Assembly: GCA_965214705.1 (NCBI GenBank) | Contig: CBDCCI010000002.1 | Coordinates: 832,001 to 896,000 of the forward strand | Origin: Alphaproteobacteria bacterium | Lineage (GTDB): Bacteria; Pseudomonadota; Alphaproteobacteria; UBA828 | Direction of reading: 5' to 3' | DNA length: 64,000 bases | In this document: piece by piece, positions 8,937 to 17,789 of the stretch | How positions within the stretch are numbered: the first letter of the stretch is position 1 | Layout of the letters: every line of letters starts with the position of its first letter | Made by a program: the position numbers and the translations under genes | The notes under the pieces: model-generated | What the model saw: the letters and a program-made list of their open reading frames with translations, nothing else | Databases searched by the model: none | What the model was told of the DNA's origin: nothing

Positions 8937-10115
8937 CTAGTCGGTGCTGAACACGGGTGTCCAGCCCTTGGGCGCAAGCGTCGTGGTGGTGTCGAAGTCC
9001 GCGTGATTCTCCGGCGTCACCATGATCGCCAGCGGCTGCACATGCTCGATCATCCGGCCGGTGTCGTTGAACTCGGGCCGGCCGCCGGTGGCCGAGGGCT
9101 TGCCCTCGAGAATGCGGACCGCCTGGTCGATGGAGATCCGCGCCTGGATGATCATCTGATCGGTCGGCGCCATGGCGACACTGCCGCGGCCGACGAATTG
9201 ATGCATGCCGGGCGTGTAGTAGTAGGAGACGAGCTTGACCTCGTCCTGCAGACCCAGGTCACGGAGCGCAGCCATGCCGCCCTCGACCGCCGGCGCCACG
9301 CCAACGATGTAGTCGAGATCGACATCGCTACCCGAGGTCTGCGCCTGGATCACGTTCTCGACGAGGCTGAGCTGGGCCTCCTTGCTGGTCTGGGCCCACT
9401 TGGTCGAGATGACCTCGGCGTCGGAGCCGACGACCGCATCGTGACAGCCCTGGTTGCCGGCCACCGACCAGCTGGCTCCGGGCGGGCCCGGGAACCAGGC
9501 GATCTTGACGTTGCCGCTGCCTTCGGGGTGCTGGTCGGCGACCCACTTGCAGGCGATCCGGCCCATGCTGTAGTAGCTCTCCAGCGACTTGGCATCGACC
9601 TCGGTGTTGATCCCGTTGATCAGGTCGACAACCGGGATGCCCCTGGCACGCAGTTCATTGACCTGCTTGATGTTGCCCTCTGCCGAGATCGCCGAAAGCA
9701 CGAGAATCTCGGCGCCGTTCGCGATGCAGTCCTCGACCTGCGAGAGCTGCTTCTCCAGCTTGTCGTAGCCGCCGGCCTCGATCAGGGAGATCTTCTGGCC
9801 GAGGCGCTTGCCTTCCTCGATGATCCCGTAGGCCGCGCCGACCCAGTAGGAGTCCACGAGGTGGGGGAAGGACACGCAGATGTGGTGCTTCGCGTCTACC
9901 TCATCCGGCATCAGCGGTACGTAGTCGACGATCTCGAGATTCTGGTTGGCGGGATCGGTCCAGCATGCCGGATCGCCGTCCGTGCATGACGGGTTGTAAA
10001 TCTCGACTTGCGCCGGCCACCAGACGCCGTCGTCCTCTGCCTGCACGTCGGACGCGGCAAAGCCGGTGATGGCCATGCCCGCCGCGACGGCGGCGCCTAG
10101 AGTCAGTTTCCACAT
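8937..10115 (-). CDS. TorT-like periplasmic binding protein (class I SBP) of the ABC importer
   Basis: Signal peptide; ICVSFPHLVDSYW...YG..EE...EAGGY..LEKQLSQVEDC resembles the TorT pattern (LC..YP.LKDSYW...EAGGY..L..Q...C); directly upstream of ATPase and permease. Confidence 0.8.
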   Translation of the reverse strand: MWKLTLGAAVAAGMAITGFAASDVQAEDDGVWWPAQVEIYNPSCTDGDPACWTDPANQNLEIVDYVPLMPDEVDAKHHICVSFPHLVDSYWVGAAYGIIEEGKRLGQKISLIEAGGYDKLEKQLSQVEDCIANGAEILVLSAISAEGNIKQVNELRARGIPVVDLINGINTEVDAKSLESYYSMGRIACKWVADQHPEGSGNVKIAWFPGPPGASWSVAGNQGCHDAVVGSDAEVISTKWAQTSKEAQLSLVENVIQAQTSGSDVDLDYIVGVAPAVEGGMAALRDLGLQDEVKLVSYYYTPGMHQFVGRGSVAMAPTDQMIIQARISIDQAVRILEGKPSATGGRPEFNDTGRMIEHVQPLAIMVTPENHADFDTTTTLAPKGWTPVFSTD

Positions 10116-10149
10116 GGTCGTCTCTCCCTCTGGTCATGGACCTGTATCG

Positions 10150-10183
10150 GTGAGGGCGCCGGTACTGTCACCGGCGCCCTCAC
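10150..10183. repeat. perfect 14-bp inverted repeat in the leader of the SBP gene
   Basis: GTGAGGGCGCCGGT-ACTGTC-ACCGGCGCCCTCAC; no U-tract. Confidence 0.8.
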
Positions 10184-10260
10184 AATCACGTCTCCGTGTG
10201 GAGGGCATATTACGGTCACGCGACGAAAGCGCAAATGCCCTTTGCCCTCCATTTGGCTGG

Positions 10261-11301
10261 TCAGTGGGCGGGTGCCCGCATGTCCTCCGGCACCACCGCG
10301 CCGTTCTCCACGATCAGCTCGTCGTCGAGCCAGAGCGAGCAGCCCTGCATCGGCAGATCGAGGTGGCAGGGGGTGTCGTTCTCGCCGCCGAACTCGGTGT
10401 CAGGGCCCAGCGAGAACAGCACGTTGCCGTAGTGCGCGCGGCCGTCCATGCCGATGCCCGGCAGATCAGGCCGCCAGATGCAGTGATGGTTGAGTCCCCA
10501 GCCGATGTGCGAGACCGCATAGGCGCGCGGGTCGTTGTAGCCTTCGATGAAGCCCCGCAGGTGGTCGGCGCGGGCGCCGCCCGAGATCTCCGTCACCATG
10601 CCGTCGCTGATGTCGAAGGCGATGCGCTCGCCGGTGAACTCGCGCAGCGGGAAGACGATGTCGTCCGCCTCCATCACCACCCGCCCGTTCACGCCTTGCT
10701 CGGCAGCGAGAGTGGCGAGGAAGCCCCCCGGCCAGTGGTCCCAGCGGCCGGGCTCGGTGGTAAAGCCGTATTCCGTCAAGATGAACTTGTCGCCCAGCGT
10801 GTAAGTGACGTCCGTGCCGGCGTCGTTGGTGAAGCGCAGGCTCTGCGCCGCCTTTAGTCTCTGCTCCCCGGCTTCGACGCGCGTGCGCATCTCGGCGGTC
10901 GGGAACAGACGCTCCAGAATCTCCTCGGGCTCGACGACGAGCAGGATTCGGCTGCCCGCCTCCTGCATCGCGATCTGCTCGTGGGAGAAGAGCAGGAGCA
11001 TGTGGTCAACGACCATGTCGGCGTCCTTGCAGGTCTGCATCGCCTCCGGGTGCTTGCTCAGCGCGTTCTGCCCGATGTTGGCGATCCTGACCGCCGGGTC
11101 CTCCGCACCGTCCGAGGGGAGGTGCACGTCGGCCACGTCTGCGCCGAGGTCGCGCGCCGCCGCGAGCGACGCCTGCCTGTAGTTCCCGAGCTGATCGCCT
11201 TCCGAGAGGACGGCCACCGTCTCCCCCGGCCCCACCTCGCAAAGCTCGAGATTCTTGCGGAACAACTCGGTCAGTCGTGCCTGATTCTGCTGTGTGCCCA
11301 T
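10261..11301 (-). CDS. NicX-like 2,5-dihydroxypyridine 5,6-dioxygenase family (M29-like fold)
   Basis: RILLVVEP.E.L.R, TEYGF..EPGRWDHWP.GF, SHIGWGL, MDGRA.YGN.LFS.GP.TE.GG...TPCHLD follow Pseudomonas NicX as recalled, including the His/His/Asp Fe ligands. Confidence 0.82.
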   Translation of the reverse strand: MGTQQNQARLTELFRKNLELCEVGPGETVAVLSEGDQLGNYRQASLAAARDLGADVADVHLPSDGAEDPAVRIANIGQNALSKHPEAMQTCKDADMVVDHMLLLFSHEQIAMQEAGSRILLVVEPEEILERLFPTAEMRTRVEAGEQRLKAAQSLRFTNDAGTDVTYTLGDKFILTEYGFTTEPGRWDHWPGGFLATLAAEQGVNGRVVMEADDIVFPLREFTGERIAFDISDGMVTEISGGARADHLRGFIEGYNDPRAYAVSHIGWGLNHHCIWRPDLPGIGMDGRAHYGNVLFSLGPDTEFGGENDTPCHLDLPMQGCSLWLDDELIVENGAVVPEDMRAPAH

Positions 11302-11312
11302 GATTCCGGCTC

Positions 11313-12581
11313 CTATTCCGCCGCGCTCACCAGTGCGGTGTAGCCGCCGTCGCGCGGCACCCGGTTGCGCGAGGCGCTCTCGCGCAGCGCGTCCTCGCCG
11401 TCCTGGCGGCGCCTGTCGCGGGCCTCGTCGTCCTCGCTCAAGAGCTTATCGAGATAGTAGTTGAGAAGGTGGTGGATGGCGCGCTCCAGCCTCGCGGTCG
11501 GCCCCGGCCGGAAGGCGCGCGAGCCGACCCCGTTCTGCAGCGATTCCAGCATGGCCCGGTCCTCGTTCGCGACCAGCCGGATGAAGTCGGCATAGATCTG
11601 GTTCTTCTCCTCGAAGGCGGGCGCGTCGAAATACTCGTCCGGCAGCTGCGTGTAGATGATAATCCGGGTGGTGCCGTGGTCGATCGGATGCGCCACCCAG
11701 GGCTGGATCATGTCGTGGCGGCCGAAGATGTTCATGGTCGGCCTAATCCAGGTGGTGCAGGCGAACTTGTCGGTCACCTTGCCCTTGAGCCAAGGCATGG
11801 TGTCGAAGAGCGTCGCTCCCCTCGGCGCCATTGTGTAGCTCTCGTAGGCGGCGTTGTAGCCGTTCTTCTGCAGGTTGAAGCGGAAGTCGCTGACCGGGAA
11901 GTGGCCGCCGAAGGACTCCTTGTGGATCACACCCACGTGGTAGATGTCCATCAGGTTCTCGGGGATGAACTTCCAATTGCAGGGCACGTCGAAGACGTAC
12001 TTGTCCGACGTGCGCGTGTTCTCCGGTTGGAGGAAGGCGGCGAACTCCCTGACTCCGTCCTCGTCGAGGCAATCCGCGAGGCTGCGGCAATCCGGGTCGA
12101 AATTGACGAAGATGTAGCCGCCCCAGGTGTCGAGATTGACCCGGGGCAGCGCGCAGGTCGAAAAGTCGAAGCTCTCGACCTCCTTCGTGTGCGGCGCGCC
12201 CAGCAGCTTGCCCTCCAGGTCGTAGACCCAGGCGTGATAGGGGCAGCGGAAGCTCTTCAGGTTGCCTTCGCCGGTCGTGACCTCGACGCCCCGGTGCTGG
12301 CACACATTGCTGAAGGCGTTGAGCCGGCCCGCACCGTCACGACAGATCAGGAGCGGCTCGCCCGCGATGCGGATGGCCCGATAGTCACCCTCGTTCTCGA
12401 ACTCCTCCACCCGACCGACGCAGAGCCACTCCTTCATGAAGATGGCATCGACCTCGTAGTCGAAGATCTCCGGTGCCGTGTAGAGGAAGCCCGGCAGATG
12501 CCGCGCTTGGCCGAGGCCCCGGCGCGTCTTCCTGATCTCTTCGAGAATGCTCTCGTCGAGCGCTATGCCCCGATGCTGCAT
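11313..12581 (-). CDS. Rieske non-heme iron oxygenase alpha subunit
   Basis: CQHRG...CPYHAW Rieske motif; NWKFIPENLMDIYHVGVIH and ED...E..Q mononuclear Fe site. Confidence 0.92.
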   Translation of the reverse strand: MQHRGIALDESILEEIRKTRRGLGQARHLPGFLYTAPEIFDYEVDAIFMKEWLCVGRVEEFENEGDYRAIRIAGEPLLICRDGAGRLNAFSNVCQHRGVEVTTGEGNLKSFRCPYHAWVYDLEGKLLGAPHTKEVESFDFSTCALPRVNLDTWGGYIFVNFDPDCRSLADCLDEDGVREFAAFLQPENTRTSDKYVFDVPCNWKFIPENLMDIYHVGVIHKESFGGHFPVSDFRFNLQKNGYNAAYESYTMAPRGATLFDTMPWLKGKVTDKFACTTWIRPTMNIFGRHDMIQPWVAHPIDHGTTRIIIYTQLPDEYFDAPAFEEKNQIYADFIRLVANEDRAMLESLQNGVGSRAFRPGPTARLERAIHHLLNYYLDKLLSEDDEARDRRRQDGEDALRESASRNRVPRDGGYTALVSAAE

Positions 12582-12680
12582 CGCTCAACGCCCCCCTTGT
12601 TTGTCGATCACACCAGTATAGCGGCCCGCCTCCGGCGAGTCCGCAGGCAGCGATCACTATTCGACCCGCGCCGGGGCCGT

Positions 12681-13244
12681 TTACAGGTAGAACGCGCGCC
12701 CCTGGACGATGTCGGATTCCCCGCTGTCGAGGTGGTGTGGCCCGCTCACCCGGAACCAGTACTCGATCGTGCCGCCGAAATAGACCTCGTAGCAGTTGGT
12801 CTCTTGCACCGTGGCCCATCGGCCCGAATAGAGCGGGCCGTCATAGTGGTCGTATCCACGGCGCTTCCGCAGTTCGTGCACGGTGACGCAGCGGGTGCCA
12901 TCGTCGTTCACGGTCCACGTGCCGTCCGAGCGGTATTGTCCCTTCAGGGTCGTGAGCTGGGCCTTGATCGTTCCGTCGGGAAGGTAATACGTAACGAAGG
13001 TGCCGCCGCCGCCCGACATGGAGGTGGTATTGCCCGTCAACGTGGCGATGACCTCCTCGGCGGTAGCCGGGCGCAGGCCGCGCTCCTCCAGGGATTCCCG
13101 CAGCTGCTCGGTCACGCGCGCTTCCATTTCGACCAGGTTCGCTTGCACGACCTGGGCCTCTTCCGGGGTCAGCGGCTCGCCTCTCGGCATGCACGCGGCC
13201 AGCAGTGCGGCCGTGGCCAGCGCGATAACTATGCCGCCGCGCAC
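12681..13244 (-). CDS. hypothetical lipoprotein
   Basis: GTG at 13244 after GAGGG; VRGGIVIALATAALLAAC lipobox; beta-rich body with GTWTV..DG..C. Confidence 0.65.
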   Translation of the reverse strand: MRGGIVIALATAALLAACMPRGEPLTPEEAQVVQANLVEMEARVTEQLRESLEERGLRPATAEEVIATLTGNTTSMSGGGGTFVTYYLPDGTIKAQLTTLKGQYRSDGTWTVNDDGTRCVTVHELRKRRGYDHYDGPLYSGRWATVQETNCYEVYFGGTIEYWFRVSGPHHLDSGESDIVQGRAFYL

Positions 13245-13251
13245 GACGCCC

Positions 13252-14568
13252 TCACACCGGGCAGCGGGTGAGCAGGCGGCCCTCGTCGTCGAAGCGGAGC
13301 GCCTCGGCCTCGCCCAGCACCTCGCCTGCGCCATTCAGCTCCGCCGCGAGCGGCGGCGAGACCAGGACGGTATCGAGGTGCAGGGTCGAGCGGATCAGGC
13401 AGAGCCGCGCGTCCGCCCCGTCGAGGTGCCAGGACGTGCCGACGGCAGCCTGCAGCGCCGCCTTGTCGGTGGCGAGCACGGCGGGGATGCGCACCCGCTC
13501 GGTGAAGGTCGCCGTGCAGGCGTTCATGTACATGGCGTAGAGGTCTAGGTTGTCGGCGACTTCCTTGGTCGTGTAGTCGGCGTTGCCGACGCCGAGTCCG
13601 TTGCCGTGGGTCTCCGGTGTCAGCCCCAGCACCACCAGCTTGCTGATCACCGGCGCTGGCGGGTTCGGGCGCCCGCGGATGTCGAAGCGCGCGGTGACCG
13701 CCGGGTCCATGCCGGTGCCGGAGATGTTCTTGCCCAGCCTCTCCACCGCGAGCACGTCGATCTGCTCGAAGGGCAGTTTGGGAACGCAGCCCTTGGCGGT
13801 CTTCAGCAGGCGGGCGTCGGTCTCGTAGAAGGCCTCCGGCTCGGCGCCCTCGATGATCGCGGCCTCGCGCGCCGCGTTTTCGACGATGGCGATGCCGTAG
13901 GTGACCGGCGCCTCGCGAATGGCGATTGCCGCCCATTCGGGCAGCACCTCCATGTAGCCGCGCACGCCGAGGCGGTGCACGAAGCGCGCGCCCTCCGCCT
14001 TGCCGAGGCCGATGGCGGTCATCTTGGTGAGCCCGCTTTCCACCTCGCGATCGAACGACGTGTGGGACTTGACGCGGCCCACCACCAGCACCGCATCGGC
14101 CTCGAAGGCGTAGCGGTCGAAATGGACCCCGACGCCGGCTCTCGTCTCTCCCAGCCGCACCACCTCCATGCTGGCCTGGATGGGGCAGCCCATGGTCTCC
14201 TCGGTGAAGCCGAGCTCGGCCAGCAGCGTCACCTGGCTCGAAGCGACGGCGCCGCCGTGACTGCCCATCGCGGGCACGATGAAGGGGTCGAGTCCGCGCT
14301 CCTTGAGCCACGCGACCGCCGCCTCGACCACCGCGGGTTTGCTCCTGATGCCCCGGCTGCCGCAGGTGATCGCGACGCGAGAGCCCGCCGCAAGCTGAGT
14401 GAGTTGCCGCGATTCATCGAGCGCCGCACGCGTGGCGGCGGCGACATCGGGGAGCGCCGGCACGTCGGGATGGCGCAGCGCCACCGGCATCACTGGCGGC
14501 AGCCGCTCGTTCTCGAACTGCGGCAGCGCGATGGCTGGGAAGGTGGGGCTCGGCGTGTTCTGGGTCAT
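13252..14568 (-). CDS. lactate racemase (LarA)-like / DUF362-related protein
   Basis: VAITCGSRGI, PAMGSHGG, RVKSHT.F..ESGL.KM.AIGLGK, GKNISGTGMD, GNGLGVG.AD. Confidence 0.8.
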   Translation of the reverse strand: MTQNTPSPTFPAIALPQFENERLPPVMPVALRHPDVPALPDVAAATRAALDESRQLTQLAAGSRVAITCGSRGIRSKPAVVEAAVAWLKERGLDPFIVPAMGSHGGAVASSQVTLLAELGFTEETMGCPIQASMEVVRLGETRAGVGVHFDRYAFEADAVLVVGRVKSHTSFDREVESGLTKMTAIGLGKAEGARFVHRLGVRGYMEVLPEWAAIAIREAPVTYGIAIVENAAREAAIIEGAEPEAFYETDARLLKTAKGCVPKLPFEQIDVLAVERLGKNISGTGMDPAVTARFDIRGRPNPPAPVISKLVVLGLTPETHGNGLGVGNADYTTKEVADNLDLYAMYMNACTATFTERVRIPAVLATDKAALQAAVGTSWHLDGADARLCLIRSTLHLDTVLVSPPLAAELNGAGEVLGEAEALRFDDEGRLLTRCPV

Positions 14569-14617
14569 GATGGCACGATACACCAGAGGTTGGCCGGGCA
14601 GAACGCCGCGTTGTGGA

Positions 14618-15046
14618 TCAGTGCAGCGGTCCCGGCGGGCGTTCGCTGGTGTCGGGCGTCGGCTGGCGCTGGGCGGCCGGCCCGGCCTGATGGTGGACCA
14701 TGCGCCAGCCGCCCTCTTCGCGCGCGAAGACGTTGGTGGCGATCAGCCAACCCTGTTGCTCCAGCACCTCGCGGCAGATCACGAAGGCGCTCGGGCCGAG
14801 CACGAAAGCCCGCGGCCTCTCGCAGCGGATCTGCGGCGCGCCAGGGCCACCGAGGATCGCGGCCCAGCTTTCCATCACCGCTTCGCGCCCGACCAGCGCG
14901 TCCCAACCCGGATGGATGCAGGCGACCGTTGTCTCCGTGGCCCAGAGCGCATCCATCGCCGCGAGATCGCGGGCGGCGAAGGCCCGGTAGAACTCCTCGT
15001 TCGCGGCGAGCACCGCGTCCTCGTCCGACATGGCCCGCTCCGGCAT
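14618..15046 (-). CDS. SnoaL-like / NTF2 family protein
   Basis: AANEEFYRAF...AMDALW...CIHPGW..L.GRE.V..SW...ATNVF..E.G.W..VHHQA. Confidence 0.88.
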   Translation of the reverse strand: MPERAMSDEDAVLAANEEFYRAFAARDLAAMDALWATETTVACIHPGWDALVGREAVMESWAAILGGPGAPQIRCERPRAFVLGPSAFVICREVLEQQGWLIATNVFAREEGGWRMVHHQAGPAAQRQPTPDTSERPPGPLH

Positions 15047-15066
15047 GGCCGCTCCTCCCGCGCCGC

Positions 15067-16692
15067 TCAGCCGCGCAGCGCCTCGTATTGCTCGATGTAG
15101 GCCTCCGGATCGACCGTCACGTCGACCAATACCGGCCCGTCGTGCGCGAAGGCCTCCGTCAGCGCCGGCGTCAGCGGCTCGGTGGCGCCCACACGCCGGC
15201 CGCGGCAGCCCAAGCCGTCCGCAACGGCCGCGTGATCTATCTCACTGAAACGCACCCCCCGGCTCTCCCGCTGCTGCCGTTGTTGCTTGATGTCGATGAG
15301 GGAAAGCCGGGAATCGTTGAACACCACGACGGCGATGCGGCAGCCGAGGCGGGCCGCCGTCGCAAGCTCCGCAAGGCACATGTGCAGGCCGCCGTCGCCG
15401 GTCATGGCGATCACCGGGCGCGCCGGCTCCTCCAGCGCGGCGGCGATGGCCGCAGGCAGGGCAAAGCCCATGGTGGAGAGACCGTTCGACTTCAGCACGT
15501 CGTTGGGTTCCTCGGCCTGCCAGAGTCCCATGGCCGAGAACATGTGCGCGCCGGAATCCACCGTGAGTCGCGCCCGCGCGGGCGCTGCGTGGCGCACCGC
15601 GCTCACAACGTCCTCGGCCGTGCGCTGGCCCAGGCCGATCATCGCGAAACCGGAGCGAAGCCGGCTGCGCAGTGCAGCAATCTCAAGCTCCGACCAGCCC
15701 GCCGGCAGCGCGTCTTCCATGAGCGCCACGGCGGAGCGGTCGAGGGCACCGGTCAGCACTGCCGTCGGCGCGGCCGGATAGTCGTAGCCGTCGTGGGCCG
15801 CCAGCGCGAGGATCGGCCCCTCGAAGCGCCACGGGCCGGGCAGCAGCTCCACCGGATCGAGGCCGAAGAAAATGAGCAGGTCGGCTTTGTCGAGGCAGCG
15901 CGCGTCGGCCGAGGCTCCGGTGAAGCACCCGACCACCAGCGGGTCGGCGTCCGCGACCGCGCCCTTGGCCTTGTAGGTGGTCATCACCGGGCAGCCGAGC
16001 GACTGCACCAGCACCCTGAGCGCCGCGCTCGCCGCGCGGCCGCGCGCCTCCATGCCGGCGACGATGAGCGGGCGCTGGGCCTGGGCGAGCAGCCCGCGCG
16101 CCTCGGCCAGCGCGATCAGGTCGAAGTCCTTAGGCGCTTTCGTCGCCGTTCTCCGCCTCCGGGCTTCGGGCGCGGCGGTGCCCGTGGCGGGCGCAGTGGC
16201 TGCTGCCGACGTGAGGTCGAGCTGCACCGGCCCCGCTGGGTGGGCCATGGCCGTCTCGAGCAGCGTGCCAACCTCGCTGAGCCCTTCGCCCGGCTCGGGC
16301 CTGGCATAGCCCTTGACCAGCGGCGCGAAGAGGGCGCGCTGGTCGAAGCGCTGGTGCAGCGCGTGGTGGCCCGGCGCCGCCTCCGCCAGTGCATCGGTGA
16401 CGAGCAGCACGGGCGCCCGCTCCAGCGCGGCATAGGCGATGCCGTTGACGGCGCTGGCCGCGCCCGGCCCCACGCCCGTCACCACCACGCCGGGCGCGCC
16501 GCCGAGCTCGGCGGTGACCGCCGCCATCAGGGTGGCGGCGGTCTCGCCGTGGGTGAGCACGAAGTCGATACCTTCCGCCGCGAACGCGTCGATGACATCG
16601 AGGCTGCTGGCCCCGCCCGGCACGCCGAAAGTGCGGCGCACGCCCCGCTCCCGGCACGCCGCCGCGAGGCCCTGGGCGAGGGTTTCAGCCAT
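15067..16692 (-). CDS. thiamine pyrophosphate-binding enzyme (acetolactate synthase-like)
   Basis: FGVPGG, HGE, GPG, SNGLSTMGFALPAA, GDGG...VFND TPP motif. Confidence 0.88.
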   Translation of the reverse strand: MAETLAQGLAAACRERGVRRTFGVPGGASSLDVIDAFAAEGIDFVLTHGETAATLMAAVTAELGGAPGVVVTGVGPGAASAVNGIAYAALERAPVLLVTDALAEAAPGHHALHQRFDQRALFAPLVKGYARPEPGEGLSEVGTLLETAMAHPAGPVQLDLTSAAATAPATGTAAPEARRRRTATKAPKDFDLIALAEARGLLAQAQRPLIVAGMEARGRAASAALRVLVQSLGCPVMTTYKAKGAVADADPLVVGCFTGASADARCLDKADLLIFFGLDPVELLPGPWRFEGPILALAAHDGYDYPAAPTAVLTGALDRSAVALMEDALPAGWSELEIAALRSRLRSGFAMIGLGQRTAEDVVSAVRHAAPARARLTVDSGAHMFSAMGLWQAEEPNDVLKSNGLSTMGFALPAAIAAALEEPARPVIAMTGDGGLHMCLAELATAARLGCRIAVVVFNDSRLSLIDIKQQRQQRESRGVRFSEIDHAAVADGLGCRGRRVGATEPLTPALTEAFAHDGPVLVDVTVDPEAYIEQYEALRG

Positions 16693-16725
16693 GCGGGCCG
16701 CCGCCGTTACCTCCGAGCCGCGCCG

Positions 16726-17769
16726 CTACGGGATCAGCACCGCGCGCCCCTTGACCGTCCCGGCATGGAGGTCGTGCAGCGCCCGGTTGGCGTCGGCGAG
16801 CGCGTATTCGCGGGTCGCGAGCGTCACTAGCCCCCGGTCCGCGAGCGCCATCAGCTCCACCAGCTCGGCATAGGTGCCCACCAGATTGCCGACGATGGTC
16901 TTCTCCGAGACGATCATGTCGATCGCCGGGATCTGGACGCGCCCGCCGTAGCCGACGATGTAGTAGAAGCCGTCGTTGCGGGTCATGGCGAGGCCCTTGT
17001 CGATGGCATCGCCCTCACCGACGAAGTCGATCACCGCCTCCGCGCCGTGCCCGCCGGTAAGCGAGAGCACCTCATCGACCGCGCCGTCACCCCCGCGCAC
17101 CACGTGGTGGGCGCCGCATTCCTTGGCGAGCCCGAGCGCCAGGTCGGAATAGTCGATCACGATAATCTCCGCCGCGCACAGCGCCGCCAGCGACTGGATG
17201 CCGATATGGCCGAGCCCGCCGGCGCCGATGATCACGGCGTACTCGCCCGGCACCAGGTGGCCGGCAGCCTTCTTGGCGACGCGGTAGGCGGTGAGGCCTG
17301 CGTCGGTGTAGGGCGCCACGTCCTTGGGTGCGAGGCTCTGGGGCAGCTTGATCAGCGCACGCTCCCCGGTGTGCAGGTAGTCGGCATAGCCGCCGGCCGC
17401 GTTGATACCGGGAAAGCTGCTCTCGCCCGCGTGCATGTCGTTGCCGCGCCGGCAGGCGAGGCAGTGGCCGCTGGTCACCAGCGGGTGGCAGATCACCGGG
17501 TCGCCGACCTCGACGCTCTCCACGCCGCTGCCGACCTCCTCCACCCAGCCCGCGTTCTCGTGGCCCATGATGTGGGGGAAGGCCACATCCACATGCCCCT
17601 TCCACACGCCCTCGATGATGTGGAGATCGGTGCGGCAGACGCCAGCACCGCCGATGCGGACGATCACGTCCGTGGGCTTCGTGATCTTGGGATCGTCCAC
17701 CTCCTCGTAGGTCACGAATTCGGGGCTGGTGAGAGCCTCGTCGTAGCCGTGGAGCGTCGCTGCCTTCAT
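16726..17769 (-). CDS. Zn-dependent NAD(P) alcohol dehydrogenase
   Basis: GVCRTDLH, GHENAG, CLACRRG, GAGGLG, GRAVLIP. Confidence 0.92.
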   Translation of the reverse strand: MKAATLHGYDEALTSPEFVTYEEVDDPKITKPTDVIVRIGGAGVCRTDLHIIEGVWKGHVDVAFPHIMGHENAGWVEEVGSGVESVEVGDPVICHPLVTSGHCLACRRGNDMHAGESSFPGINAAGGYADYLHTGERALIKLPQSLAPKDVAPYTDAGLTAYRVAKKAAGHLVPGEYAVIIGAGGLGHIGIQSLAALCAAEIIVIDYSDLALGLAKECGAHHVVRGGDGAVDEVLSLTGGHGAEAVIDFVGEGDAIDKGLAMTRNDGFYYIVGYGGRVQIPAIDMIVSEKTIVGNLVGTYAELVELMALADRGLVTLATREYALADANRALHDLHAGTVKGRAVLIP

Positions 17770-17789
17770 GGGGTCCTCCGGTGATTGGT

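Noticed and set aside
10261-11301. Leucyl aminopeptidase (M29) annotation
   Set aside because: Motifs follow NicX closely and the gene lies next to a Rieske oxygenase
13606-16830. 1074-aa plus-strand ORF (similarly 11469-13271, 30574-32817, 43509-46733, 47454-49106)
   Set aside because: Antisense shadows of well-supported genes; high GC suppresses stops; no motifs
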